IMG/VR virus record: IMGVR_UViG_3300020421_002453
Span: 1-64,000 of that record
DNA: 64,000 bases
Strand: one strand, 5' to 3'
Source of the DNA: a virus
Shown: positions 8,840 through 19,187 of the stretch, in pieces
Layout of the letters: the number at the start of each line of letters is the position of its first letter
Numbering within the stretch: the first letter of the stretch is position 1
Notes under the pieces: model-generated
Seen by the model: only the letters and a program-made list of their open reading frames with translations
Database searches by the model: none
Told to the model about the DNA's origin: nothing
Position numbers and translations under genes: made by a program

Positions 8840-10615
8840 ATGGCATTATTTGATAAAGTAAGTGATATAACAGAATTTAATTGGCAAAGAAAAGTCGGTA
8901 GAACTGATGAAACCAACCAAGATAATTTACCTGCAAACACTACTGCTAATAAAAAATTAGAAGATAGGTTGGGTGAAGTTGATGACCAGTACGAAAAATT
9001 TAATGGTAACAAAGGATTAAGAACAGGTAATCTTGGGTTCGATGAACCATTTATTGTAAAAGAAGTAGGTGATGGGTATGATAGTGCTAAGTTTGATGAT
9101 GGGATATTCAGAGGTGGATTAGCATTGAATGTAGTTAGAGCGGCTGAAGATGTTACAAGATTGGCCAAATGGACTCTAACATCTAAAGGAGTTCTTTTTA
9201 ATCTAAAACAATTTGCACTACAGGCTCAAAATCCAATAGGTGAAAATAGAATATTTAATCCAGGTGGTATATTTGGTTCTGCCATACCTGGTATACATTT
9301 ACCACGACACACTAACGGAACCTTTCTTGATTTCCAAGACCCACCAAAGTATCAAACTGATAAAGATGGTAACAATAGAAAGATGCCTGAAACTGATGAG
9401 GATGCAGGAATATTTGGAGCTATAGGTGGAGCATTAGGAATAGGTGGTGCGAGAAAAACAAATAGATTACTTCAATTATATGATTCAAGGATGATAAAGG
9501 GTGAGGGTTCAGCTGGTAGAAATCCAGTTATTGGTGCACTTGGATTAGGTAACCAAGAATTTGAAGACCCTAAACGAGTAGTTGATAGTACATTAGGGCC
9601 TTATGGTGGGCCTTTAGAGGAAGAAACCAATCAATTTGGTTTCAGAAATGATACTCATGATGAATTAAGAGATTTTAATGGAAGTGCTATAACTGATGGT
9701 AGAGGACAAAGTAATATTCCACAAGGTAGTTTAATTGACGCAATAAAGAATGGATATGAAACACAGGCAAATGCTGAAGTTGTAGGATTTCAAGGTCAGA
9801 ACGATGATGAAACTGCTCAAAATGCAGAAGATTATAATCTTGGTAAAGGAAAGGTTGCTTATCGAGGTGGTTTATATTCAGTAGGAGTATCAAATCAATT
9901 ACAAGTTCCTTATGGTGGTAAGTTTGATAATATTGGATTTGCAAATACCGTAAATAACAAATTACCAAAAGATTTTATTAAGTTTAGAATTAGAGATGCT
10001 GTGAATGGTAAGTGGATAGTATTTCCTGCTCATCTTGGAACAATCACAGATACAATTACTCCTGAATGGAGTACAGAAAGATATATCGGTAGACCTGATT
10101 CAGTACACTTGTATAGTGGTGCTTCTCGTAGTGTAAGTTTTGATTTTAAAGTTGCTGCTTTTAGTAAACAAGAAATACCAATCATTCAAGAAAAGATGAA
10201 TGCTTTAGTTGGATTGGCTTATCCAACATTTAAGAAGATACTTAGTGGGGATGATGAAGAAAGACCAGTAGCACCATATGTTTATTTAACTATTGGTGAT
10301 TTATTTAATAACACACCAGGTTACTTTAATAGTATCACAGTAACTATGGAAGAAAATTCTAATTGGGAAATTGATGAGGGATTACAAATACCACATTACT
10401 TCTCTGTATCAGTAGAGTTTGTTCATGTAGGTAAATACTTACCGAACACATTAGGTAAACACTATGATGTTCCACACCTAAAAGATTTTGGAGTGGGTAA
10501 TGGAAACAATGGTGTATTTGGAAAGAATGACCCAAGAGATGGAACTACAAGTAGACCTGATATGCAAAAAGCTACAGACCCTAAACATTGGAGTAAGGGA
10601 GTTTATACAGACTAA
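8840..10615 (+). CDS. Baseplate/tail tube initiator-like structural protein
   Basis: C-terminal tube-like domain (W....YIGRPD...Y.G.SR.VSFDF, LTIGDLF); baseplate context. Confidence 0.6.
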   Translation: MALFDKVSDITEFNWQRKVGRTDETNQDNLPANTTANKKLEDRLGEVDDQYEKFNGNKGLRTGNLGFDEPFIVKEVGDGYDSAKFDDGIFRGGLALNVVRAAEDVTRLAKWTLTSKGVLFNLKQFALQAQNPIGENRIFNPGGIFGSAIPGIHLPRHTNGTFLDFQDPPKYQTDKDGNNRKMPETDEDAGIFGAIGGALGIGGARKTNRLLQLYDSRMIKGEGSAGRNPVIGALGLGNQEFEDPKRVVDSTLGPYGGPLEEETNQFGFRNDTHDELRDFNGSAITDGRGQSNIPQGSLIDAIKNGYETQANAEVVGFQGQNDDETAQNAEDYNLGKGKVAYRGGLYSVGVSNQLQVPYGGKFDNIGFANTVNNKLPKDFIKFRIRDAVNGKWIVFPAHLGTITDTITPEWSTERYIGRPDSVHLYSGASRSVSFDFKVAAFSKQEIPIIQEKMNALVGLAYPTFKKILSGDDEERPVAPYVYLTIGDLFNNTPGYFNSITVTMEENSNWEIDEGLQIPHYFSVSVEFVHVGKYLPNTLGKHYDVPHLKDFGVGNGNNGVFGKNDPRDGTTSRPDMQKATDPKHWSKGVYTD

Positions 10616-10917
10616 TGAGTAGATATAAATACACAGAAATACAGAACGATAAAGTTAATAAGAAAAAAGTATTAACTACAACACTATATCCTGATATCGA
10701 AAGTAAAGATAGTGATGTAATCTACTATGCAAAATTTGATGATTCGTTGATGACTTTGGCAAATAAATTTTATGGAGACCAAACTTTATGGTGGATTATT
10801 GCAAGAGCAAATAACTTTCAAGGTAGAACTAAGTTCACAGTCGGACAGAAATTAGTTATACCGATGGATATTGGTGATGTAGTAAAACAATTAAATAAAC
10901 TTAATACCAATGTTTGA
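10615..10917 (+). CDS. LysM-like baseplate wedge protein (gp53-like)
   Basis: DSLMTLANKFYGDQTLWWIIARAN...GQKLVIP motif. Confidence 0.85.
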   Translation: MSRYKYTEIQNDKVNKKKVLTTTLYPDIESKDSDVIYYAKFDDSLMTLANKFYGDQTLWWIIARANNFQGRTKFTVGQKLVIPMDIGDVVKQLNKLNTNV

Positions 10918-13456
10918 ATTTAAACAAATAGATAAATTCGTTCAAAGGAGTTTATATAACCGAATAGATGCATTGAATCGGAGTGGTGAATTTACACCAT
11001 TAGAACCTATGAGTGATGGTTTTAATGCAATGGATTTCCTAACAAACGCCTGTTGGGCTAGAGTAACATCAGCTATACATGGAGTTGATGGTGATGGTAA
11101 AAAGAAATCAGAATTATTTAGGTTATCAAGTGCATTTAAAGATGGACAACCACTTAATAAACCATTAGCCTCTCAAGATAGTTTATACACAAATAATCCT
11201 GATACAACATTTAGACCACATAGTGGTATCCAATCTATTAATACTACATATAAAAGTAATTATGGTATACAAGAAACTACTATTACTTGGAAGTTTTGGG
11301 ATATAAATAAATTTCAAGAATATGAATCTGCTTTACTAAAACATGGTAGGACTGTGTTTGTAGAATTTGGTTGGTCAAACAATAAAGAAGTAGATATAAA
11401 ACCAGATGTTATTAATGATGAGGAAGAGTTTTTAAAATCATTTAAATCAACAAATTTAAAAATAAAAAGAGCTGGTGGTGATTATTATTGTACCATTGGT
11501 AAGATTACAAATTTTGATTACAAGATAAATCCAAATGGTGGATTTGATTGTACCACTACAATAGTTTCTATTGGTGCGGATTTATTTAAAAGTACTATTG
11601 ATGAGAACTTAAATAGTAAAGTAACTGAGATACAAGATTCTAATTTAAAAAAACTTGAAGATGCTTATGCTAACTCTAATTTTTATTTTGAGAAGTTCAT
11701 GGAAAATCTTGATAGTAATATTAAACTGGCAGTTAAGAATGGTGATGCAGGAGTGTATCATAATGGAGAAAAGGGTTATTGTAATTGGGCTTGGTTCGAA
11801 GATATCGTATTGAGTTCTTTCTTTGGATTTAAAACAGAAAAATTTATAGTAACTGAAGACCCATCTAATCCTAATAAAAATGTAAAGACGGATGCTGGTG
11901 AATTATCAACACAAATATTAAGTAGAAATTTAAAATATAGAGTAGATGGTGATGGTAAAATAGTTGGTACAGATGTAGAAAATTCACTTTGTAGATATGG
12001 TAAGTATACATTTACAATTAATAAAGATGTTATATTACCAGGTCGTATACCAGGTAGGATTAAAGTTAATGGTAATAATGCACTAAGAGGTGATATTGGT
12101 AGATTGATGAAGAAGAAACTTGGTGGAACAGATGCTTTCAAAGATTATATACATTTGTTTGAAGATTTTGAAAAAATAAATCAAAGATTTCCAAAATTTA
12201 AACATCCTGATAAAGATAAAGGTATTATACGAAACATGGTGTTTAGTTCAGATTATCTAAAACACTTTTTTAGTTCTGTTAATAACCTTGAAAATGCTAT
12301 GAATAGTTTTTGGGGTGCTGTGGCTTCATTGTACGGAGGATATTGGAACTTTGAGATGGTTGTTGATGTAAATAATACTGGTAAAATTGGTATGGTGGAT
12401 AGATTTGAAACTGAGGGTAGGGTTGCTGATAACAATCCTGAAGTTCGTGAAGATTATACAAGAGATAAGGCAAAGGCAAAAGCATTCTCTAATGATGATG
12501 AGGGTGCCGTAGATACTTTTATGTTCTCTAATTATGGGAAACATTCTTTATTTAAAGATTTTAGTGTAAATGTAAATCTATCATCTGAGATGGCAACTAT
12601 GGCATTATATCATAGTAATAAAAAACTATCTACTAATCCAAATAGTACTACAAACAAACCAGAAGATAAAGGTGCTAAAATACTTGGTGAACTACAAAAC
12701 GAGGCAATACGAGCTACTCAAGATGGTTCAGATATAACACCATTCGAAGATATATTAGTGCATGATGTTTCTAATCCTTTTATGAAAGGTGAGATGCAAA
12801 AGTATAAAACTAAAGTTAGTAATAATCCATCAGCCAAAGATGTTCTTGATGCACAATCTGGTGATACTAAATTAGAAAAAGTAAAACCATCACAAAAAGT
12901 AAATTTTGGTGATAAAAATAAATCTGAATTAGATGAAGAACTTAATAACTTAAGAGCAGATGAAGAAACAGCAAATGAAACAAGTGAACCATTTGATGGG
13001 TTAACATCCTTTGATGTTGATAATCCAGATAAGAATGGATTGATATGGAATTCAAATGGTACTATGATTGCATCTTATGAAAGAACTTTACTTTACTTTA
13101 TGAATAAAACACTACTATCTGATATGGAAGTAGACCCAATAGTACCCGTTGAAGTTTCATTCAGTATGCCAGGTATTGGTGGTTTAGATTTATTTGATAT
13201 GTTTGCAGTGGATTATTTACCTGAAACATATAGGAAATATGCTTTGTTCCAAATTAAATCACAAGAACATACTATTGATACTACAGGATGGACAACCAAT
13301 ATTACAGGTATCATGAGAGTAGATATGCAAAAATTAGTAAAACAAAAAGGAAAGATTACGGAACCTGAGTTCAAAGAAGTTTCTGGTGAAGAACAAGTAG
13401 ATTTTGTACAATTCACCATTGATTCAGAAAAAGACCGAGATGCCGAAGAAAATTAG
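10910..13456 (+). CDS. Baseplate hub-like structural protein
   Basis: 848 aa after the LysM gene; VEFGWS, GKITNFDY...GGFDCTT and C-terminal GIGG...F.VDYLP...WTT.I motifs. Confidence 0.55.
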   Translation: MFEFKQIDKFVQRSLYNRIDALNRSGEFTPLEPMSDGFNAMDFLTNACWARVTSAIHGVDGDGKKKSELFRLSSAFKDGQPLNKPLASQDSLYTNNPDTTFRPHSGIQSINTTYKSNYGIQETTITWKFWDINKFQEYESALLKHGRTVFVEFGWSNNKEVDIKPDVINDEEEFLKSFKSTNLKIKRAGGDYYCTIGKITNFDYKINPNGGFDCTTTIVSIGADLFKSTIDENLNSKVTEIQDSNLKKLEDAYANSNFYFEKFMENLDSNIKLAVKNGDAGVYHNGEKGYCNWAWFEDIVLSSFFGFKTEKFIVTEDPSNPNKNVKTDAGELSTQILSRNLKYRVDGDGKIVGTDVENSLCRYGKYTFTINKDVILPGRIPGRIKVNGNNALRGDIGRLMKKKLGGTDAFKDYIHLFEDFEKINQRFPKFKHPDKDKGIIRNMVFSSDYLKHFFSSVNNLENAMNSFWGAVASLYGGYWNFEMVVDVNNTGKIGMVDRFETEGRVADNNPEVREDYTRDKAKAKAFSNDDEGAVDTFMFSNYGKHSLFKDFSVNVNLSSEMATMALYHSNKKLSTNPNSTTNKPEDKGAKILGELQNEAIRATQDGSDITPFEDILVHDVSNPFMKGEMQKYKTKVSNNPSAKDVLDAQSGDTKLEKVKPSQKVNFGDKNKSELDEELNNLRADEETANETSEPFDGLTSFDVDNPDKNGLIWNSNGTMIASYERTLLYFMNKTLLSDMEVDPIVPVEVSFSMPGIGGLDLFDMFAVDYLPETYRKYALFQIKSQEHTIDTTGWTTNITGIMRVDMQKLVKQKGKITEPEFKEVSGEEQVDFVQFTIDSEKDRDAEEN

Positions 13457-13489
13457 TATTTTGAGGATTTAATTTAATATATATTATAA

Positions 13490-13642
13490 ATGGTTATAAA
13501 TTTTCTAAAGAGTATAGTTCAATCTTTGTATTTAAAAATATGGTTAAGAACCACAAGTGGAAAAGAGTACGCTAAGAAATACAAACGAAGAAGAAAAATG
13601 GAACTTGCACAAATATTAAAAGGAGAAAAAAATGAAAATTGA
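13490..13642 (+). CDS. Small basic hypothetical protein (50 aa; not in ORF track)
   Basis: MVINFLKSIVQSLYLKIWLRTTSGKEYAKKYKRRRKMELAQILKGEKNEN; fills the gap and overlaps the thyX start. Confidence 0.5.
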   Translation: MVINFLKSIVQSLYLKIWLRTTSGKEYAKKYKRRRKMELAQILKGEKNEN

Positions 13643-14324
13643 TGTATTAGATAAAGGATATATAGAATTAGTAGATACACTTGGTGATGATTTAACACCT
13701 GTAAATGCTGCTCGTGTATCATTTGGTGGTAGGAGTGATAAATTTGAAAATAAAGATAGAAAATTATCTAAGTTTTTAATTAAACACAAACACTTTTCAC
13801 CATTTAGACATCAACATGGTATGTTCATTATTAAAGCACCTGAGTTTGTGATGAGACAATGGTACAAACATGTCGTTGGTATTGAAACTACATCATCTCA
13901 TGTAACAAAAGACCATGCTTGGAATGAGATTAGTGGTAGGTATGTTCCATATGATGAATTTTATGAACCAACAGAGTTCAGAAAACAAAGTGATGATAAC
14001 AAACAGGCGAGTGATGGGTTAGTTGATAATCAAAAAGAGATGAAACAATTATGGACTATCTCTCAAATGAATTCCATTTCTGCCTATAAAGAAATGTTAA
14101 AGAGTGGTATGGCCAAAGAACAAGCTCGTAGTATATTACCACTTACAGTTTATACAAAGGTATGGTGGACGGCATCATTTCAAAGTGTTATGAATTTCAT
14201 TGAGTTAAGAGATGAACCAACATCACAAGTAGAAATTCAAGAATATGCTAAGGCATTGAAAGAAATTATGTTAGAGAAGTTTCCTGAAACAACAAAACTA
14301 TGGAGTGAAATATACTTAGATTGA
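13632..14324 (+). CDS. thyX: Flavin-dependent thymidylate synthase
   Basis: VNAARVSF, HFSPF, NEISGRY, AKEQARSILP and NFIELR...Q.EI motifs. Confidence 0.93.
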   Translation: MKIDVLDKGYIELVDTLGDDLTPVNAARVSFGGRSDKFENKDRKLSKFLIKHKHFSPFRHQHGMFIIKAPEFVMRQWYKHVVGIETTSSHVTKDHAWNEISGRYVPYDEFYEPTEFRKQSDDNKQASDGLVDNQKEMKQLWTISQMNSISAYKEMLKSGMAKEQARSILPLTVYTKVWWTASFQSVMNFIELRDEPTSQVEIQEYAKALKEIMLEKFPETTKLWSEIYLD

Positions 14325-15211
14325 TGACAGGTTGGATACTATATAAAAGAGATATTAAGGAATCATACGAAACTCAGAGATTAGTTGAAGAGTTTGAAAA
14401 ACAAGATATAAAAGTTCGTGTGGTTAATCCACAAGATGTAGATATCTATGTGGATAGGGATGATAGAAAAAGTATTCGTGTTGATGGTAAGGCGAGAGCA
14501 TTACCTGATTTTGTAATACCAAGAACTGGTAGTGGAACAACCTATTTTATAAAGGCAATTATTCGTCATTTAGAGAGGTTGGGAGTGATACTTATTAATG
14601 GTAGTGAATCTATTGATGCAGTTAAAGATAAGTTATACTCACAACAAATACTTGGACAATCAAATCTACCTGTACCTAAAACACTATTGGTGAAACATCC
14701 AATCGATGTTGAGTTTATTGAAAGTAGTTTAAACTATCCAATTATTGTTAAAACATTAAGTGGTTCATTTGGTGCTGGTGTATTCTTAGTTGAGAACAGA
14801 AAACAATTAAAACAATTGATGAGAATGGCCGAGATAACTAAACCAAGTTATAACATTATTATTCAAGAGTTTATTGAAGATTCATATGGAAAAGATTTAA
14901 GAGTATTTGTTTTGAATGGTAAAGTAGTGGGTTGTATGATGAGACAATCTACAGATGATGATTTTAGAGCAAACATCACAAGAGGTGGTGAGGGTATTCC
15001 TTATCAAATTACAGAAGAGATTGAGTTCTTAAGTGGTGAGTGTGCAAGATTATTAAACTTGGATATAGCAGGTGTTGACCTACTATTTAATGATGGTGGT
15101 TATAGTATCTGTGAAGTAAATTCATCACCTGGTTTTGAGGGGATGGATAAGTTCTGTAAAACAAACATTGCAGAACAAATAGTTACTTATGTAAAATACA
15201 AATTGGGTTAA
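14321..15211 (+). CDS. rimK: RimK-family ATP-grasp amino-acid ligase
   Basis: DKL..QQ, PIIVK..GS.G.GV, IIQEFI, DLRVFV, FRANITRGG, AGVDLL and EVNSSPGFEG motifs. Confidence 0.88.
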   Translation: MMTGWILYKRDIKESYETQRLVEEFEKQDIKVRVVNPQDVDIYVDRDDRKSIRVDGKARALPDFVIPRTGSGTTYFIKAIIRHLERLGVILINGSESIDAVKDKLYSQQILGQSNLPVPKTLLVKHPIDVEFIESSLNYPIIVKTLSGSFGAGVFLVENRKQLKQLMRMAEITKPSYNIIIQEFIEDSYGKDLRVFVLNGKVVGCMMRQSTDDDFRANITRGGEGIPYQITEEIEFLSGECARLLNLDIAGVDLLFNDGGYSICEVNSSPGFEGMDKFCKTNIAEQIVTYVKYKLG

Positions 15212-16495
15212 ATGGTTATAGTAAATTCTAAAGAGAAGTGGGTTTCATTACAAAAAAGAATGAAAACTCAACACTTCGTTTATCTACAGATATTATCGGA
15301 TGCAAACAAACATCCTAAACAGAATCGTGTGTCTTGTTTTCTTATCGTAACACCATTTGAAAAGTATATTGTTCCTGTAAATCATAATGAGAAGTGGGGA
15401 ACTATAGAAAAGTTTGATGTAGATGATAGTAAAGTATGTGTGGGTGATATGAAATCATTTAAACATAATTCAATGATTGAGTGTGATGATATATTTGGAT
15501 TAATAGATTTGAATTGGTGCCATTATATGAAAACAAATGAACCATATGATTTTGATAAACATCTAACAAATGCACATCATCATAATTACAGAGTACACTT
15601 TGAAAAGGATAATGTGAATGATATTATTCCTTTGGTAAAACATGGTGAGTATCTTTCAAATGTTGCAGATGAATTGATGGGTTATGTTGAAGATTGTGAT
15701 TACTATGACCAAAGTATCTTAGAAGTTTTATCTGATGTAGAGAGTAATGGAATACAAACTACAGATGGTATTGTGTATTCAGAATATAATCCATACACAA
15801 GTACAGGTAGACCATCAAACAGATTTGGTGGTATGAACTTTGCAGCTTTGAATAAAAAAGATGGTAGTAGAAAGAAGTTTATTAGTAGATTCGATAATGG
15901 TGTATTGGTTGAATTTGATTATGATGCATATCATCCAAGATTGATTGGTGAGAAAATAAACTATGAATTTCCTAAAGGTAATGTACATCAACACCTTGCA
16001 GATACTTATGGTTTAAGTTACGAAGATGGTAAAAAATTAACATTTAAGTACTTATATGGTGGAATATCTCAAGAAATTAAAGATAATCCTTTCTTTAGTG
16101 AGGTAGATGTGTATATAAAGGACTTGTGGAGTAAGTGGAAAGCTAATAAAATCATCAAATCTGATATTTATAATAGAGTGATAAGTAAAGAGAATTTACC
16201 TGATATGAATCCTAATAAGTTATTTAACTATATGATTCAGTTGATGGAGACAGAACATAATATTAATATATTAGATGAGTTTTTCTTTTATATGCAAAAG
16301 GAAACTTTTAAGAGTAAACTAATTCTCTACAATTATGATGCTTTTTTGTTTGATTTTGATTACAAAACTGATGGGTTAGAATATCTCAAGAAAGTAAAGA
16401 ATATTATAGAGTGTGATGGTAAGTATCCTACAAGAGTTTATATGGGAGATAATTATCATACTATGAATGAGATAACGGAGAAACTACTTGTATAA
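15212..16495 (+). CDS. Short family-A DNA polymerase-like protein
   Basis: TSTGRPS; motif A EFDYDAYHPRL; motif B K..F..LYG; motif C-like YNYDAF. Only 427 aa. Confidence 0.75.
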   Translation: MVIVNSKEKWVSLQKRMKTQHFVYLQILSDANKHPKQNRVSCFLIVTPFEKYIVPVNHNEKWGTIEKFDVDDSKVCVGDMKSFKHNSMIECDDIFGLIDLNWCHYMKTNEPYDFDKHLTNAHHHNYRVHFEKDNVNDIIPLVKHGEYLSNVADELMGYVEDCDYYDQSILEVLSDVESNGIQTTDGIVYSEYNPYTSTGRPSNRFGGMNFAALNKKDGSRKKFISRFDNGVLVEFDYDAYHPRLIGEKINYEFPKGNVHQHLADTYGLSYEDGKKLTFKYLYGGISQEIKDNPFFSEVDVYIKDLWSKWKANKIIKSDIYNRVISKENLPDMNPNKLFNYMIQLMETEHNINILDEFFFYMQKETFKSKLILYNYDAFLFDFDYKTDGLEYLKKVKNIIECDGKYPTRVYMGDNYHTMNEITEKLLV

Positions 16496-17333
16496 TTTGA
16501 AAGATATTTTATATGAATCTTTAAAGAGCTATCGACATATGAGACCATATATGCAATCTGAACTTGACCAAGAAGTTGATGAGTATCTTGATAATGAACA
16601 TACTAAAAGAAAACTTCCAAAGTTTTGGAAAGATAAAGATGATGGTTATTCAGATATCAAAACTGCTTTATATGAATTTCCAAGTGAAGAAGAGATTCGT
16701 TCATTAGAAAACTCTGATGCTGGTGAAATATTAGATTTAGCTCCAGAGGATAGAATGAAAGAAGCTATCTCAAGAGCTAAGAAATATGGTAAGGATTACA
16801 AGAGGATTATTCAAGGGTTAAAAACTCAAGAGAAGATTCCAGCACCTATAGTTGTGAGGGATAAATCAAAAAGATTATATTTATTAGGGGGAAATAGTAG
16901 ATTGATGTTAGGAATAGCATTAGGATTAAATTTACCTATAAAGATTATTGATTGGAAAAAAGAAATCCAAGAAAATATTTTAGAAATAAGTTCAGGACAT
17001 ATCTCAACAGCAGATGAGGGAGAACCAGATACAGGTTTTTCACCTGCAGGACAAACGAGAGTGTTGGGTGTGGATGATAGTAAACCAGAGCCTTGGTATA
17101 ATAAAGGTGGTTACTCTCAATTACATTATCCAAAAGCTGATGACCCATATGGTGGAAAGAAAGATAAAAAAACAATACAAGTACAAGTGATTAAAAAAAT
17201 TAAAAACACTGGTGAGAAGTACGAGGGATTCCAAGATGCAGTTGGTAGTTGGGATAAGTATGGTAGTACAGATTATTCTAATGATTTCGATTATGGGGAT
17301 TTAGTTGATATGTACACAGGAGATTCTAAATGA
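16488..17333 (+). CDS. ParB/Sulfiredoxin-like domain protein
   Basis: PAPIVV...YLLGGNSRL resembles the ParB-N core; N-terminal LKDILYE leader. Confidence 0.5.
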   Translation: MYNLKDILYESLKSYRHMRPYMQSELDQEVDEYLDNEHTKRKLPKFWKDKDDGYSDIKTALYEFPSEEEIRSLENSDAGEILDLAPEDRMKEAISRAKKYGKDYKRIIQGLKTQEKIPAPIVVRDKSKRLYLLGGNSRLMLGIALGLNLPIKIIDWKKEIQENILEISSGHISTADEGEPDTGFSPAGQTRVLGVDDSKPEPWYNKGGYSQLHYPKADDPYGGKKDKKTIQVQVIKKIKNTGEKYEGFQDAVGSWDKYGSTDYSNDFDYGDLVDMYTGDSK

Positions 17334-18679
17334 ATTGGGATAAAATATTAAACGAATTAAGTTACATTATTAAAGATGGAAGTCCAGACTTGACTAATGA
17401 ACAACATCTTATTAAATTATGGGATATTTTAAAAGAACATAATTGGAGTGTTGAGGCAAGAGTGGAATTATTAAATAACTTATCAGGTACTAAAATAGAA
17501 GAACCGATAGTGGAAGCTAAAGGTGATACATCTGCAACTACATTTTATCACGAAGTAATGACTGGTATATTAGTTGGTGGTGGTAATAGTTCGTTTAAAG
17601 ATGGTGAAGAGGTTGGAAAGTTTTTTAAGAATGGAACTATAAAGGCGGTAAATGCTGGATTAGGAACAGTCAAACCAGATGGTTCGGCTTGGGAAAGATT
17701 CTTACAAAAAGACTCAATACCAAAATCAGCATTAGTTTCAGATGCAAAAAACTTATCTACAAGAGTTAAAAAAGAGTTGGGTAAGGGTAAGAATATGATG
17801 TGGACTGGCCCAACAAATGATGGTTCTAAATTTGGAGCTGCTGATATTGCTGGTAACTTTAGTGGTTATGGTGATGTTGGTATATCATTAAAGGCTGGAG
17901 TTGGACAATTAAAGAATTTAACATTAGGTACTTTTACAAAAATATTAGGAATGCCTGAGTTAAAAGGTGCTGAATTTATAAAGAAATATAATAAAAACTT
18001 TAACTCAATGACCAAAGATTGGATGAAGTTAGTAGAGAAGTTATTTAATTCATTAACAAAAGATAAAGAAGCACAGAAGATATTTAAAAGACATTCAAAA
18101 TCATCTTGGGATGCATATCAAAAAGAAATATTAAAAGAAGATGAATTGAATATATTATCAGAGGCAGTTGGATTTCCTAAACAAAAGTATTCTGCAAAAA
18201 CAAAAAAGTTTAAATACTTCTGTAGAAAACTTCAAGAAAAACATCATCCACAATGGAAAGATTGGCAGGTAAAAAGAGGTAAACATTTCAACGATATATT
18301 TTCAGAATTGTTTTCTAAAGAAGAAAATAATATTAGAATGAACTTGAGTACTCTATTTAAAAGACAATTAAGTGTAGGAGATACAAGTTTATTTTATGCC
18401 GCTAAAGGTGGTAAAACATTTTGGTTTATACCAAGTGAGAAACTCTATGATAAACAAATGGGGCCAGATAAGTTTATTGCCGATTATGAACTACAAGAAT
18501 CACAGGCTGGATACAAATTTTTATTAGATGTTGGTACACAAGAGATGGGTGGTATCGGTACTATTATTATTGAGATTAGATTTTCTACAGGACAAATGGA
18601 TGGAGCACCATCAGTAAAATCAAGTTACAAATTAGTAACCAAAGATTGGTCTGGATTATTGGGGGCCTTTAGGAGATAA
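17330..18679 (+). CDS. Hypothetical protein with a PD-(D/E)xK/restriction-endonuclease-like motif
   Basis: HE...ADI...GISLK pattern; N-terminal KILNE...IVEA leader. Confidence 0.45.
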   Translation: MNWDKILNELSYIIKDGSPDLTNEQHLIKLWDILKEHNWSVEARVELLNNLSGTKIEEPIVEAKGDTSATTFYHEVMTGILVGGGNSSFKDGEEVGKFFKNGTIKAVNAGLGTVKPDGSAWERFLQKDSIPKSALVSDAKNLSTRVKKELGKGKNMMWTGPTNDGSKFGAADIAGNFSGYGDVGISLKAGVGQLKNLTLGTFTKILGMPELKGAEFIKKYNKNFNSMTKDWMKLVEKLFNSLTKDKEAQKIFKRHSKSSWDAYQKEILKEDELNILSEAVGFPKQKYSAKTKKFKYFCRKLQEKHHPQWKDWQVKRGKHFNDIFSELFSKEENNIRMNLSTLFKRQLSVGDTSLFYAAKGGKTFWFIPSEKLYDKQMGPDKFIADYELQESQAGYKFLLDVGTQEMGGIGTIIIEIRFSTGQMDGAPSVKSSYKLVTKDWSGLLGAFRR

Positions 18680-18680
18680 C

Positions 18681-19094
18681 ATGAGAACACAATTACTATG
18701 TACATTCACAAGGGTTCCAAAATTAAATGAAATAATAGATGTTATTGTATCATGCAATGATATTCTATTTGATAAGATATATGTTTTTAGTAACCAAAAT
18801 GACCCAACACAATTAATGTGTACTTACAATGTTGAGTTTATGGATAACTTTGAAGAGAACATTGAGAACACTATATCGTTACACAGAAAGAAACAATCAA
18901 ATACACTCTATACAATCAACGCATTGAATGAAGTTATCAGAGAAAAGAACGGTGGAGTTCTTGATAAATCATTTCAAGTAGATTGGTCAGAGTTTCAAAA
19001 CACATTGATATTAACTGCTGAAAGTGGATTGAATATCATACCTACAAAAATACATCAAATTGTCGATGTAAACGACTGGCAAAAGAAAATTTAA
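18681..19094 (+). CDS. Hypothetical phage protein
   Basis: AGGAG RBS; 137 aa with LLCTF and HRKKQSNTLYTINALN segments. Confidence 0.7.
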   Translation: MRTQLLCTFTRVPKLNEIIDVIVSCNDILFDKIYVFSNQNDPTQLMCTYNVEFMDNFEENIENTISLHRKKQSNTLYTINALNEVIREKNGGVLDKSFQVDWSEFQNTLILTAESGLNIIPTKIHQIVDVNDWQKKI

Positions 19095-19187
19095 AAAAAA
19101 ATTAACTTTTTGCAAAATAAATGCTATTTTGAGAATTTATATACATATATATTTATGTATCTAAAATGAGATACAAAGTTTTTTGAA

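Noticed and set aside
1692-13456. Bacterial contractile injection system (eCIS/tailocin) rather than a phage
   Set aside because: The tail genes are contiguous with a complete T4-like replisome and phage-type accessory genes.
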